Of a stretch of DNA of 64,000 bases, positions 51,063 through 61,392 are shown in pieces. The notes under the pieces are model-generated. The model did not search any database and was not told the DNA's origin. It saw nothing but the letters and a program-made list of their open reading frames with translations. Each line of letters begins with the position of its first letter. Position 1 is the first letter of the stretch. The translations under genes and the position numbers were made by a program. The DNA lies in IMG/VR virus record IMGVR_UViG_3300036821_000136, positions 1 to 64,000 of that record. One strand, written 5' to 3'. The stretch comes from a virus (Duplodnaviria; Caudoviricetes).

Positions 51063-51620
51063 ATGACACCCCGCAAGATCGCCCTGGCCATCGCCGCCGG
51101 CGTGGCCGCCCTGATCATCACCGGCGGCGCGTCCGCCGCCGTGGCGGTCACCCTGGCCGGCCACGGCCAGGCCGCGCCCGCCGCCGCCGCCAGGCCCGCC
51201 GCACCGCGGACCACGGTCCCGGCGCCGCGGCACACGCCCGCGCCGCCGCCCCCGGCGGCCACCTCACCGGCCAGGCCGTACACGCCCGCGCCGGCCGCCC
51301 CGGCGGCGCCCGCCGCCCCGGCGCTGACCAGCGCGACCGCCGTGATCGCCCAGTTCTACCAGGACCTGACCGACCACGACTATCCCGGCGCGTGGGCGCT
51401 CGGCGGCAAGAACATCGGCGGCCAGGACTACGCCTCGTGGGTGGCCGGCTACGCCACCACGGCGAGCATCACCCTGCTGACCTACGGCCAGTTCGACAAC
51501 GGCACCGTCTGGGCAACCCTGTCCGCGGTCCAGTCCGACGGCAGCACCCGGACCTACTCCGGCACCTACACCGTCGCCGGCGGCGTGATCGTCGCGGCGA
51601 ACATCACCCAGACCAGCTGA
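51063..51620 (+). CDS. Secreted/membrane-anchored protein with Pro/Ala linker
   Basis: Hydrophobic N-terminus; VIAQFY..L..HDY..AW.LGG...YSGTYTV..G.I C-domain. Confidence 0.7.
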   Translation: MTPRKIALAIAAGVAALIITGGASAAVAVTLAGHGQAAPAAAARPAAPRTTVPAPRHTPAPPPPAATSPARPYTPAPAAPAAPAAPALTSATAVIAQFYQDLTDHDYPGAWALGGKNIGGQDYASWVAGYATTASITLLTYGQFDNGTVWATLSAVQSDGSTRTYSGTYTVAGGVIVAANITQTS

Positions 51621-51676
51621 CCCCGCCAAACCTAGGAAGGACCTGCCCGGAACATATTTCCCTGATATATATCGCG

Positions 51677-51714
51677 CCGCCCGCGCCGCCCCTGACCTGG
51701 GGCGGCGCGGGCGG
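51677..51714 (+). terminator. 16-bp perfect GC hairpin
   Basis: CCGCCCGCGCCGCCCC-TGACCT-GGGGCGGCGCGGGCGG. Confidence 0.7.
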
Positions 51715-51736
51715 TCTTCCCGCTAGGCTGGCCGGC

Positions 51737-52129
51737 ATGGACAGCCCAGCGGTGCCGGGCAGGGTGGTTTCATCGCGGATCCTGGACGGCCCGGTCCGGC
51801 TGTGGTTCGCGGTCACCGACGCCGACGGCAGGATCATGGGCGCGGCCCCGATGCCCGTGCCGATGCCCTGGCTGTGGCGGGGCGGGCAGCTGTGCCTGGC
51901 CTACACCGGGCTCCGGATCGTCATGACCCGGCCGGGCCGGTACAGCGACGGGCTGATCTGCGCGGTGACCGAGGGCGAGCAGGCAGCCCCGTTCGTGCCG
52001 ATGTGGCAGGTCAGTCTCGGCAAGCCCGAGGACATGCGGGCCGGCGACGACGTGTGGATCGGCGACGGCGTGATCGTGATCATCCCGGAGGGGCAAACTG
52101 CCCTGCCCGCGGCGATCAGGCCCGCCTGA
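51737..52129 (+). CDS. Hypothetical protein
   Basis: TAGGCT -10-like hexamer 7 nt before ATG 51737. Confidence 0.5.
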   Translation: MDSPAVPGRVVSSRILDGPVRLWFAVTDADGRIMGAAPMPVPMPWLWRGGQLCLAYTGLRIVMTRPGRYSDGLICAVTEGEQAAPFVPMWQVSLGKPEDMRAGDDVWIGDGVIVIIPEGQTALPAAIRPA

Positions 52130-52134
52130 CCCGG

Positions 52135-52953
52135 TCAGCCCGCCGCCTGGGCGGCCGCCCGGTCCCGGCCGATCGCCCACGCCACCGCGACCACCTCGGC
52201 CGCGGTCCGCCACAGCGGCGGGAGCTGCCCGACGTTGAGCCACCGGACCCGCCCGGTGAACCGCCACCCGGCGGCGGCCAGCGCCGCGTCGAGGGTGCCG
52301 GCGTGCTCGGCGCCCCACACCGCCACCGCGTCCCGGCCGGGGTCGATCGCGTCGACCGCCAGCTGCGACCGCTGCTCTAGCAGCACCGCGTACAGGTCCG
52401 GCGACAGCCGGCCGGTCAGCCGGGCCATCCACCGGGAGTGGCGCCGGGCCAGCCGCCGGTAGGTCACCGGCGCCACCGCCGCCATGTAGCGGTCCTCGTG
52501 GCGGCCGAGCTGCTCCGACGCCTGGGCGGCCCGGGCGCCGGCCGCCGCGATGGGCTCGGTGCCGGCGATCCTGATCAGCTCCAGGTCGGTGAGGTCGGTG
52601 ACCGTCCACGTGCTGCCGCCGATCGCCTCGCCCTGGAACACCCAGCCCAGCCCGGCCGCCATCGCGGCGGGCCGGTCGTGGTAGAGCCCGCGCAGCACCT
52701 CGCGGGCGGCGCGCTCGGCATCGGTCGCGGCCGCCCACTGCCCGTCGGGCGCGGCGCAGATCCCCTCCAGGTAGACGGCGGCGCCGCGGTCTTCCAGCTC
52801 GGCGATCCGGCGGCGCATCAGGGCAAAGTAGCCGCGGCTGCCGATGTGGTTGTTCAGCACCAGGACCAGCGTCGCCTTCGTGTCGGCGTGCCGGTACCAG
52901 CGCACCGGCGTCGCCAGCGTGCGGGCGCGCAGCCGCATCACGCCGCTAGGCAC
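52135..52953 (-). CDS. TraB/GumN (TIKI)-like putative metal-dependent hydrolase
   Basis: NNHIG...YF...VYLEG...QRS...AVWGAEH...L.AAGW. Confidence 0.5.
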   Translation of the reverse strand: MPSGVMRLRARTLATPVRWYRHADTKATLVLVLNNHIGSRGYFALMRRRIAELEDRGAAVYLEGICAAPDGQWAAATDAERAAREVLRGLYHDRPAAMAAGLGWVFQGEAIGGSTWTVTDLTDLELIRIAGTEPIAAAGARAAQASEQLGRHEDRYMAAVAPVTYRRLARRHSRWMARLTGRLSPDLYAVLLEQRSQLAVDAIDPGRDAVAVWGAEHAGTLDAALAAAGWRFTGRVRWLNVGQLPPLWRTAAEVVAVAWAIGRDRAAAQAAG

Positions 52954-54178
52954 CGGCCGCCTCCCCCGCCCGGGCCCGCCGCCACGCCAGCGCCAGCACC
53001 GCCCCGGCCGCGCTGCCGCCGACGGCGAACCACGCGATGACCAGCGCCGGGCTGACCCGCTGCGCGATCGCGCCCGCCGCCAGCACCGCGACCGCCTGGG
53101 CCAGGCTCATCGCCGCGCCGACGACCCCGTTCGCCTTGCCCCGGTGCTCGTCCGGGACCGCCATGATCATCGCCCCGGCCGCGGCCGGGATGAACCCGGT
53201 GAACAGGCCCGACACCGCCAGGATCACGACCGCGCCGGCCAGCACCGGCGGGCCCGCGAACGCGGTCAGCACCACGACCCCGGCCAGGGCGGTCACGGCG
53301 GCCAGCCGCATCCGCAGGTCCTCGCCGACGAACCGGGTGTAGACCATCGGCCCGATCGTCGCGCCGACCGCGCCCGCCGCTAGCAGCACCCCGACCGTGC
53401 CCGCGCCGCCGCCCAGCTGGCGGCTGAGCGGCACCGACAGTCCCTCCGGGACGCCGTAGAAGCCGGTCAGGCAGAGCAGGCCCATCGCGGCGACGGCGAC
53501 CGGGCGGGTGAACACGACCCGGACCCCGGCGAGCACCTGCGGCCTGGCCGGGCCGCCGCCGCCGGGCGCCGGGCGGGCCCGCAGGCCGAACCGGATCAGG
53601 GCGGCCGAGGCCAGGAACGAGGCGGCGTCGACGGCGATCGCGGCGCGCACCCCGAGCGCGGCGACGACCGCGCCGCCGGCGGCGAACCCGGCGAGCTGCG
53701 CCACCTGGTAGGTCGCCAGGGTGATGCCGTTGCCGACCTGGAACCGCCGCTCGCCGAGCACCGCGACGTTGGTCGCCATCCGCGCCGACAGGAACGGCTC
53801 GATCGCCAGCCCGACCGTGAACAGCAGCGCGATCAGCGCGGCGAGCGGCAGGCCGGGGATCAGCATGACCGCGACCAGCGCGGCGCACGCCAGGTCGGCG
53901 ACGATCATGACCTGCCGCCTCGGCCAGTGGTCGGCGGTCCAGCCGAGCAGCAGCCCGCCGGCGAACATCGCCAGCGTGGTCAGCGCGAACGTCACCGCGG
54001 CGAGCAGCGGCGAGCCGGTGCGGCCGTAGACCAGCACCGCGACCGCGACGCGGGCGAACTGGTCGCCGCCGAACGAGACGAGCTGCGCGAGCCACACCGC
54101 CCGCCACTCGGAGACCGCGAACACCTCGCGGAACGTGACCGCGCCGGCCGCCTGCTGCTCGGCGGTGCCGGCGGTCAC
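52946..54178 (-). CDS. MFS transporter (DHA3-like)
   Basis: WLAQLVSFGGDQ, motif A G.TADHWPRRQVMIVADL, about 12 hydrophobic segments, HRGKANG. Confidence 0.9.
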   Translation of the reverse strand: MTAGTAEQQAAGAVTFREVFAVSEWRAVWLAQLVSFGGDQFARVAVAVLVYGRTGSPLLAAVTFALTTLAMFAGGLLLGWTADHWPRRQVMIVADLACAALVAVMLIPGLPLAALIALLFTVGLAIEPFLSARMATNVAVLGERRFQVGNGITLATYQVAQLAGFAAGGAVVAALGVRAAIAVDAASFLASAALIRFGLRARPAPGGGGPARPQVLAGVRVVFTRPVAVAAMGLLCLTGFYGVPEGLSVPLSRQLGGGAGTVGVLLAAGAVGATIGPMVYTRFVGEDLRMRLAAVTALAGVVVLTAFAGPPVLAGAVVILAVSGLFTGFIPAAAGAMIMAVPDEHRGKANGVVGAAMSLAQAVAVLAAGAIAQRVSPALVIAWFAVGGSAAGAVLALAWRRARAGEAAGA

Positions 54179-55341
54179 GGCTGCCGCCCCACGTAGGACA
54201 TCCAGGCCACGGCAACGTTGTTGAACATGGTCAGCGGCGCCCGCCCGAACGGCAGGTCCCGGTCCCAGCGCAGCGACGACCACCGGTCGGTCGCGGCGTA
54301 GACCACGGTGCGGAGCTCCTGCAGGGCGAGCGGCTCGCCCAGGCAGCGGTGCGGCCCGGACGCGAACGCCGGGTGCTGCTGGCCCAGGCCGGGGCGGCGC
54401 GGGTCGAGCAGGCCGGGGTCGGGGAACCTGGCCGGGTCGCGGCCGGCTGACCACAGCGACCCGGTGACCATCTGGCCGGCCGGGATCTCCACGTCGCCGA
54501 ACGTGACGGGCCGGGTGGTCACCGCCCCGATCGTCGGGAACGGCGGAGCGAGCCGCAGGCACTCGGCGATCGCGCCGTCGCGCAGCCCGGGGTCGGCGCG
54601 CAGCTCGTCCCAGCCGCCCCACTCGGCCAGCAGCAGCAGGGTGCTGGCGATCGCCGCGTGCGTCGTGTGGATCCCGGCGGCGACCAGCCCCCAGAGATAC
54701 CCGATGATGTCCTCGTCGGACAGGTCGGCCCCGTCGACCTGGTAGCCGGCCGCCTGGGCGGCGATCAGCTCGTCGACGAGGCCGCCGGCCGGGCGGCGGC
54801 GGCGCTCGGCGAGCAGGTCGGCGAAGAACGCCGCCTTGTCGGTCTGCACGATGGTCTGGTGGACCGCGGCCGACCCGGCCGCGAACTCGGCCAGCCACGC
54901 GCCGAACTGCTTGTTCGCCGCCAGGTCGAGACCCATGATCTGGCAGATCACCGCCCCGGGCAGCGGCGCCGCCAGCTCGGCGACGACCTCGAACGGGCCG
55001 CCGTGCCGCTCGATGTCATCCATGAGCTGGTCGGCCAGGGCGCGGATCCCGGGCGCCAGGGCGGCCAGCGCGGTCCGGCTGAACGGGTCGCGGACCAGGC
55101 GCCGCAGGTCGTGGTGCCGCGGCCCGTCGGCGACCCACATCACGTGGTCGTTGGGCTCCCTCGAGCGGGGGTCGGCGAACCCCTGGGAGAAGCACACGGC
55201 GTCCCGGGCGAGCCGGTCGACGTCGTCGTAGCTGAACACCTGCCAGCTGCGGCGGTCCGGGTCGTAGAACGGCCTGGTGCCGGCGTCGAGGGGCAGCCCT
55301 GGCGGGCCGAGCAGTCGCTGATCGGGCAGTACGGGGGTCAT
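54175..55341 (-). CDS. Cytochrome P450
   Basis: DGPRHHDLRRLV, I-helix AAGIHTT, ExxR (ECLR), RDPARFPDP, heme motif FASGPHRCLG. Confidence 0.95.
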   Translation of the reverse strand: MTPVLPDQRLLGPPGLPLDAGTRPFYDPDRRSWQVFSYDDVDRLARDAVCFSQGFADPRSREPNDHVMWVADGPRHHDLRRLVRDPFSRTALAALAPGIRALADQLMDDIERHGGPFEVVAELAAPLPGAVICQIMGLDLAANKQFGAWLAEFAAGSAAVHQTIVQTDKAAFFADLLAERRRRPAGGLVDELIAAQAAGYQVDGADLSDEDIIGYLWGLVAAGIHTTHAAIASTLLLLAEWGGWDELRADPGLRDGAIAECLRLAPPFPTIGAVTTRPVTFGDVEIPAGQMVTGSLWSAGRDPARFPDPGLLDPRRPGLGQQHPAFASGPHRCLGEPLALQELRTVVYAATDRWSSLRWDRDLPFGRAPLTMFNNVAVAWMSYVGRQP

Positions 55342-55442
55342 GGCGTGTGCGCCGCCTTCCGGTAGGAGTCTGGGCAGCAGCACTCTAACAGGCGGTAACC
55401 GGATCGTTCCGCAGCGCAACGACGCGATTCGCGATTCGCGAT

Positions 55443-56788
55443 TCACCAAACGCTAAAGGGCCCGGGCGGCGCTGCCGCCGGGGCCCTGCCGATAGCCAAT
55501 CCTCCTTTCCCGGGCGATGCTAACGCGGCGTCGCCGGGGTCGTCCGGCTCTTCGCGGCCGACGGCGCGGCGCAGCGGGTGGTGCCGGCCGTACAGCCGGG
55601 TGACCCGCAGGTCGCCGTCGTCGCCGGCGATCTTGCGCGCCTTGCGGCGGGCGGCCAGCCGGGTCGAGGCGTGCACGCCGAACGTCATCACCCGCGGCGC
55701 GCTGCCCAGCAGGATCAGCGTGCCGTCACGGTCGATCGCCACGACCGGCGCGGGGCCGGGCCAGGTGACGCGCACCTGCCAGTTCCTCGTCCGGGGCATC
55801 ACACGTCCTCGGGATGGGCACCGGCGGCGAGGCCCTGCAGGTACTTCTCGCCCTCCAGGTCGCGCAGGATGCCGAGCGCCGCCGCCGAGCTGGCGGCCAG
55901 CTCGGGGCAGAGCGCGATCAGCGCGGCCAGGGCGTCGTCGGCGGTCTCGATGTACATCAGTTGACCGCCCGGGCGATCTGCTCGTCGGTCACCCAGGTCC
56001 GGCACCGGCACTGGCGCCGGCACATGGCGAACACGTAGGCGACCGGGGCCCGGCAGCGCAGGCACAGCATCACGGCGTCCCTCCTGACCTGCCGCGTCAC
56101 CGGCAGGGTTCTCGTTTTGCGACCCGGTTTGAGGCGCCCGGGCCGACTTGTAATTTTTGTAACTGTGTTTCAGATATTGGCCGGCGGGGCGCCGTGCCGG
56201 GCGATCTGCGCGGCGACCATCTTGCGGCTGGCGGTCATCGCGTCCTGCAGCCGGGCCTCGGCCCGGGCGCCGGAGAACTGGCTGGTGACGCGGGTCGACC
56301 GGTCGACGCCGCCGGCGGCGGTGAGCAGGTACTGGACGACGTAGAACTCGGGCAGGGTGTGGCCCTCGCGGACGTGCCGGTAGACGCGCAGGCGGAAGAT
56401 CCGGCCGTCGTCGGCGTAGCAGGTCAGCGTCTCGACGTCGGTGGTGCGGCGGCGGGGGATCCGGTGGTTGGCCATGTCAGGCGCCGTCGTCGCAGGACCG
56501 GCAGAGCCGGTCGTAGTCGCTCATCCGCGCGTCGTCGTCGCAGACCGGGCGGCCGCAGCCGACGCACAGGCCGTCGGCCGGGCCGCTGCACAGGTGGCAC
56601 GACTCCGCGGCGTGGGCCAGGACGGCGGCCAGGTTGGCGACCGGGAAGGTGCCGTCGGCGGTGCGGACGGCGACCAGGTAGCCGCTGGCGTCCTTGCCGT
56701 AGGCGAGCACCGGGGGCCCGTTCAGCCGGCCGCCGGTGGCGGCGATCCAGGTGACTGCCCACGCGGTGTCGGTGGTGTCGGTGGCCAT
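55443..56788 (-). other. Leftward operon of small hypothetical ORFs (56477-56788, 56170-56475, 55443-55802 and others)
   Basis: Driven by the minus-strand promoter motif at 56810-56836 with a start sequence. Confidence 0.55.
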
Positions 56789-56809
56789 GGGTCTCTCTCC
56801 TTCAGTTAC

Positions 56810-56836
56810 CGTGTTGCGTATATATACATGGTACCA
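56810..56836 (-). promoter_or_regulatory. Repeated promoter motif, minus strand
   Basis: TGGTACCATGTATATATACGCAACACG. Confidence 0.8.
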
Positions 56837-56872
56837 TACGTGGGGCGTCCCGGCGCCATCGTCCCTGGCCGG

Positions 56873-56899
56873 GGGTACCGTCTATATATGGGCAACACG
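56873..56899 (+). promoter_or_regulatory. Repeated promoter motif
   Basis: GGGTACCGTCTATATATGGGCAACACG. Confidence 0.7.
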
Positions 56900-56927
56900 C
56901 CCGCCTGACCGCCTGAAGGAGAGACCG

Positions 56928-57416
56928 ATGACCCACCACCCGCACGAGCCCGCCGCCAACCAGCTCGGCCCCGACCTGGAAGCCACCTCGACGACGCCGG
57001 CCTGGGTCGGCGCCCCCCGCCCGGCCCGCGGCGACTACACCGTCGGCTGGCGCATCGAGGTCGCCGCGGTCAGCCCGGAGCACGCCGCCAGCGCCGCCCT
57101 GGCCGCCCAGCGCGGCCGGGGATCGCGCGCCACCGTGTTCACCGTCTCCGACGGCTCCAGCACGTGGCGCGTCGACCTGACCGAGGGCACCACCGAGCTG
57201 CTGGCGGGCGGGCCGCCGGAGCCCGGCGGGCTACTGCACGTGTTCACGCTGCGGATCCCGTCGGAGGCGGTGACCGACAGCCCGGCGGGGTGGGGGACGG
57301 CGCTGATCGGCCAGATCCGCCGGCTGATGGCCGACGCCGGGATCGGCGACTACGAGCTGTGGCTGTCGACCGTCGGGCGGGGCACCGTCGAGGACGTCGC
57401 TCCCGAGGACGTGTGA
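56928..57416 (+). CDS. Hypothetical protein
   Basis: Follows CTGAAGGAGAGAC. Confidence 0.6.
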   Translation: MTHHPHEPAANQLGPDLEATSTTPAWVGAPRPARGDYTVGWRIEVAAVSPEHAASAALAAQRGRGSRATVFTVSDGSSTWRVDLTEGTTELLAGGPPEPGGLLHVFTLRIPSEAVTDSPAGWGTALIGQIRRLMADAGIGDYELWLSTVGRGTVEDVAPEDV

Positions 57417-57458
57417 CCGGCGTCCCGCCACCGGGCTACCCCCGCCCGCCCGCGCCGG

Positions 57459-57485
57459 GGGTACCATGTATATATAAGCAACACG
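57459..57485 (+). promoter_or_regulatory. Repeated promoter motif (leadered variant)
   Basis: GGGTACCATGTATATATAAGCAACACG then CTGAAGGAGAGAC. Confidence 0.8.
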
Positions 57486-57508
57486 GCCACTGAAGGAGAG
57501 ACACCACC

Positions 57509-58045
57509 ATGATCGACACCGCCGCCCTCCCGCTTGAGGACCGGTACGCCCGCTACGCCGCCAACGAGGCCGCCCTCCGCGCCGTCGACGACGTCGTGGT
57601 CCTGCTCGGCGACAAGACCCCCGGCAGGCTGTACACCATCGTCAAGACCAACCCGACCACGCTGATCCTCGCGCCCGCCGACGGCGGCCTGCAGGTCAAG
57701 GCGCACCGGTCGCTGGTCGAGGACGCGCCCGCCGGATCGGCCGCCAAGGTCGCCGCCGCCGCCGCGACCGTCCTGCCGCACCAGCCGCTCGGCGCGCTGG
57801 TCCGCCTCAAGGCCACCGCCCCGCCCGCCGGCGGGATCAACCCCGGCGAGGTCTGCGTCGTGATCATCGACAAGGGTGACCGCGTCCACGTCGCCAAGAT
57901 CGGCGGCGTGCAGACCGCCCGCGGCGACGCCTACGCCCGCCCGCCCCGCGCGCTGGTCGAGGCCGTCAGCCCCGGCGACGTGCTGGTGCCCGCCGAGGTC
58001 AAGCCGGTCGCCGGCGCCCGCCCGTCACGCGGCCGGAGGTCATGA
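57509..58045 (+). CDS. Hypothetical protein with small beta-barrel (SH3/KOW-like) domains
   Basis: DDVVVL....GRLYTIVKTNPTTLILAPADGG.QVKA...LV.DAP. Confidence 0.6.
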   Translation: MIDTAALPLEDRYARYAANEAALRAVDDVVVLLGDKTPGRLYTIVKTNPTTLILAPADGGLQVKAHRSLVEDAPAGSAAKVAAAAATVLPHQPLGALVRLKATAPPAGGINPGEVCVVIIDKGDRVHVAKIGGVQTARGDAYARPPRALVEAVSPGDVLVPAEVKPVAGARPSRGRRS

Positions 58046-60113
58046 TGCAGTACCGGTTCACGTGCGCCCAGCACAACGTGGTGCTGGGCGGCTGCCCCGA
58101 GTTCTACCCCGCCGCCGAGGACGCGGCCGGCGGGGTCGCCGAGTGGGTCATCGACCTGTCCGACATGTCGTGCAGCGCCGACGACGCCTCCGACAACGGC
58201 AGCGGCTGCTCCGCCACCTGGCAGATCACCGCCGCCGGGGTCAGCCTCGCCGCGTTCACCCCCGCCGAGACGGCCGGGCTGTCCGACGCGCTCGCCGTCG
58301 CCGAGAACGCCGACGAGCACCTGACCCGCGACCAGCTCGCCGCGGCCGCCAAGCTCGACGCGGCGTTCGCGGCGGCCCCCGGGCCGCCCGCCGACCGCTA
58401 CCCGGCGCCCGACCCCGCCGGCACCGACTGGGACGCCTACCCGCCGCTGAGCGACGAGACCGCCTGCCTGGTCATGCAGGAGATCCTGGTCGACACCGAG
58501 TTCCTGTGGCTGACGGCGGTCAACCCGCCCAGCGGCGAGCGCGCCGAGGTCACCATCGTCGACGCGGTCACCACGTTCGCGGGCAACTGCTGGGACGACC
58601 AGCACGACGGCGGCGCCCACCGGCAGAACCTGATCGACGCCAACCGGCTGCTGGGCTGGCTGGACCGCCCCGACCTGCGCGACGACTACAACGACGTGCA
58701 CAGCCTGGTCGGCGACGACGTGCCCGAGCCCGAGCGCTGGGCGAGCCGGCCATGAGGGCGGGCGTGTCGAGCAGCGGCCGCTGGTGGGTCAGCATGGGCC
58801 CCGTCGGCTGGCTGATCTACGCGGTCTGCTGGCTGGCCGGGGCGATACTGATCATCGCCGCCCGGCTGGTCTGGGCGCTGGCGCTGGGGGTCGCCTGGCT
58901 CGCCCGCGCCGGCTGGCGCGCCGCGACCACGAGAGGACAAGACCGATGACCCGCGCCTACGACACGATGCCGGGCGTCCCGGCCGCCGGCCACATCGCCG
59001 GCGGCGCCTGGCACCCCGGCCCCTCCCACCACTGCACCAAGTGCGAGCCGCCGCCGCGCCCGGGCACCGCCGACGCGGCCCGCTGGTACCTGCAGCGCGA
59101 CCTGTCCTACGGCCTGGCCGCCGACGCCACGATCGCCGACGCCCGCCGGTACAACGGCCGCTACGTCTACACCCCCGACGGCTGCGCGTGGGTGCTCGCC
59201 GCCCGCGCCACCGGGCGGCTGGTCTGGTCGTTCGGCCGGGCGACCCGCGCCGAGCAGCACCTGGCCCACGACCGGCGCACGCCGACGGCGACCCGCGTGG
59301 ACCCCGACGCGGTCCACGCCGGCGACCGGATCGCCTGGGGCACCGCGCGGGGCGGGCGCCTGGCCGGCTCCGGTACGGTCGAGTTCGCCACCGCCGAGGC
59401 GGTGCACGTGATCAGCGGCGCCGGCTACCACTACCCGATCGCCTGGACCAGGGTCACCGGCCACTGGCCGGCGGCCGCCTGAAGGAGAGAGACATGACCG
59501 ACACCGCCGCGGCGATGCGCCGCCCCAGGATGCGCCGCGCCCTGCTCGCGCACCTGTTCGACAACCACGGGGTCATGCTGACCCGCGCCGACTCCGCCCG
59601 CGAGTCGCTGGGCCAGCTCGCCGAGATGGACCCGTGCGGCGCCGCGCCGCCGCTGGGCGACGCCGACCTCGGCTACGACGCCGACGGCTGGCGGGTCCGC
59701 CGGTCGGGCGGGACGGACTTCCGGGTCACCGACTGCTGCGCCAAGGACGCCACCACCGCCGACGGCGACGACGAGGGCACCATCGTGTGCCGCCGCTGCA
59801 AGCAGCCGGCCGGCGAGTCGCTCGCGCTGCCCCCGATGCTGCCCTACCTGGCGCCGGACGGTCACGTGCTGGTCCGGGCCGACACCGCGAAGGAGAGAGA
59901 CCGGTGAGCGGCTTCTACGCGATCCGGCAGGCCCGCACGCGGGTGATCGGGTCGCGGCTGATGACCCGCGAGCAGGCCGACCGGGAGGTCGCGGTGTGGG
60001 CGGCCGAGATCGGCCCGGCCCGCGTGCTGCCCGCCACCCCCGACCTGGCGCACGCGGTGCGCTACTACGACCAGGCCATCCTGGTGCCCGCGCTGAAGGG
60101 CGAGCCCTGGTGA
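58042..60113 (+). other. Coupled small hypothetical ORFs (58042-58755, 58946-59482, 59494-59907 and others)
   Basis: ATGA/GTGA overlaps and start-sequence copies at about 59479 and 59887. Confidence 0.55.
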
Positions 60114-60373
60114 CCGATGCCAGCGGCAGGCGCCGCCCGAAGTTCCGCAGCGCGGGGTCACCCGACCGGCTGACCGGCACGGTGACCCGCTGGGACCCCG
60201 GCGCCAGCTACGGGATGATCACCGGCGACGACGGCGGCAGCTACTTCCTGTCCGCCGCCGACCTGCCGCGCGGCCGCGAGAGCCTGGCCGTGGGGACCGC
60301 CGTCACCTTCACCAGCGGCGCCCCGGCACCCGGCAAGCGGTACCCGCGCGCCCGCCAGGCCCGGCCCGCATGA
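60110..60373 (+). CDS. Cold-shock-domain (OB-fold) protein
   Basis: LTGTVTRWD...SYGMITGDDG..YFL...L...L.VG..VTF. Confidence 0.7.
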   Translation: MTDASGRRRPKFRSAGSPDRLTGTVTRWDPGASYGMITGDDGGSYFLSAADLPRGRESLAVGTAVTFTSGAPAPGKRYPRARQARPA

Positions 60374-60664
60374 TCACCGGCTACCAGGCCGGGACGGCCC
60401 GGCCGGAGCCGTGGCTGCCCGCCGGCCGGCACGCGGTCGCGGTGGTGCGGCTGGCGCACGGCGTCGAGCGGCCCGAGCCGGCCGCGGTGTGCGGCACGTG
60501 GATCGAGCACGCCAAGCCGGGCGGGCCGCTGGTGATCTCCTGCCCGGCCTGCGCGCGGGTCCTGGGCGCGCTACGGGCTACTCAGTAGCAGGCGAGCGGC
60601 CGTAGCCCGGCGGGCCACGGGACCGGGGTCACGGCCGCCCGGGGCGCCACCGGGCGGCCCCATG

Positions 60665-60691
60665 CCGTATTATGGATATATGAGGAACACG
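60665..60691 (+). promoter_or_regulatory. Repeated promoter motif (leaderless start of ORF 60680-60958)
   Basis: CCGTATTATGGATATATGAGGAACACG. Confidence 0.75.
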
Positions 60692-61365
60692 ACAGACACC
60701 ATGACCGCCCGGCACTGCTCGGGCTGCGCCCAGGTCGACCCCATCGACGACGGCGACGGCTACACCGACTGCTGCAACGAGTGGATCTGCGACGGCAACG
60801 GCGCCGACCGGTGGACCGTCGGGACCCTCACGTTCGACGAGGCCGGCCGCGAGGTCCGCACCGTCACCGGCGAGCTGCTCGCCTGCTGCGGCGGCCAGGC
60901 CGACAAGCTGGCCGCCGCCCAGGCCCCCGGCCGCATCGCGCTGTGCCGCGCGCTCTGACACCACCACCTGAAGGAGAGACCGACATGACGACCCCCGACA
61001 CCAGCCGGACCCACCGGTTCCCGCCGACCGGCTGCGTCAACCAATGGGCCGCCGACCACGACCACGCCGACTGCTGGGCCGCCTTCCTGGCCTTCCACGA
61101 AGCGCCGGCCGGGCTGGGCATCGACGAGTTCTACCGCTGGCTGGAGACGACCCCGCACGCCGCCGACATCACCCCCGACGGCGATGGGTTCCTGGTGACC
61201 TGCCGCCGCGGCTGCGCGCTGGGCACCAGCGCGCGCCAGAGCGACCGGGCGGGCGCCGGCCGGCGGGTCCGGCAGCACCGGATCTGCACGACTCCGCTGA
61301 CCGCCTGAGTGTGCCCGACGGCACACCGGCCGGGTACCGGCCAGGGCGAGTTCCGGCGCCCCGGC

Positions 61366-61392
61366 TGGTACTATGTATATATGAGCAACACG
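61366..61392 (+). promoter_or_regulatory. Repeated promoter motif
   Basis: TGGTACTATGTATATATGAGCAACACG then CTGAAGGAG. Confidence 0.8.

Noticed and set aside
55341-55520. RiPP precursor peptide for the P450
   Set aside because: No short ORF with an aromatic YxH/WxW-type core and a well-spaced RBS was found upstream
40348-61392. CRISPR or integron interpretation of the repeated 27-nt motif
   Set aside because: Spacing is irregular (tens of bp to several kb), copies occur on both strands, the motif is not palindromic, and no cas or integron integrase gene is seen
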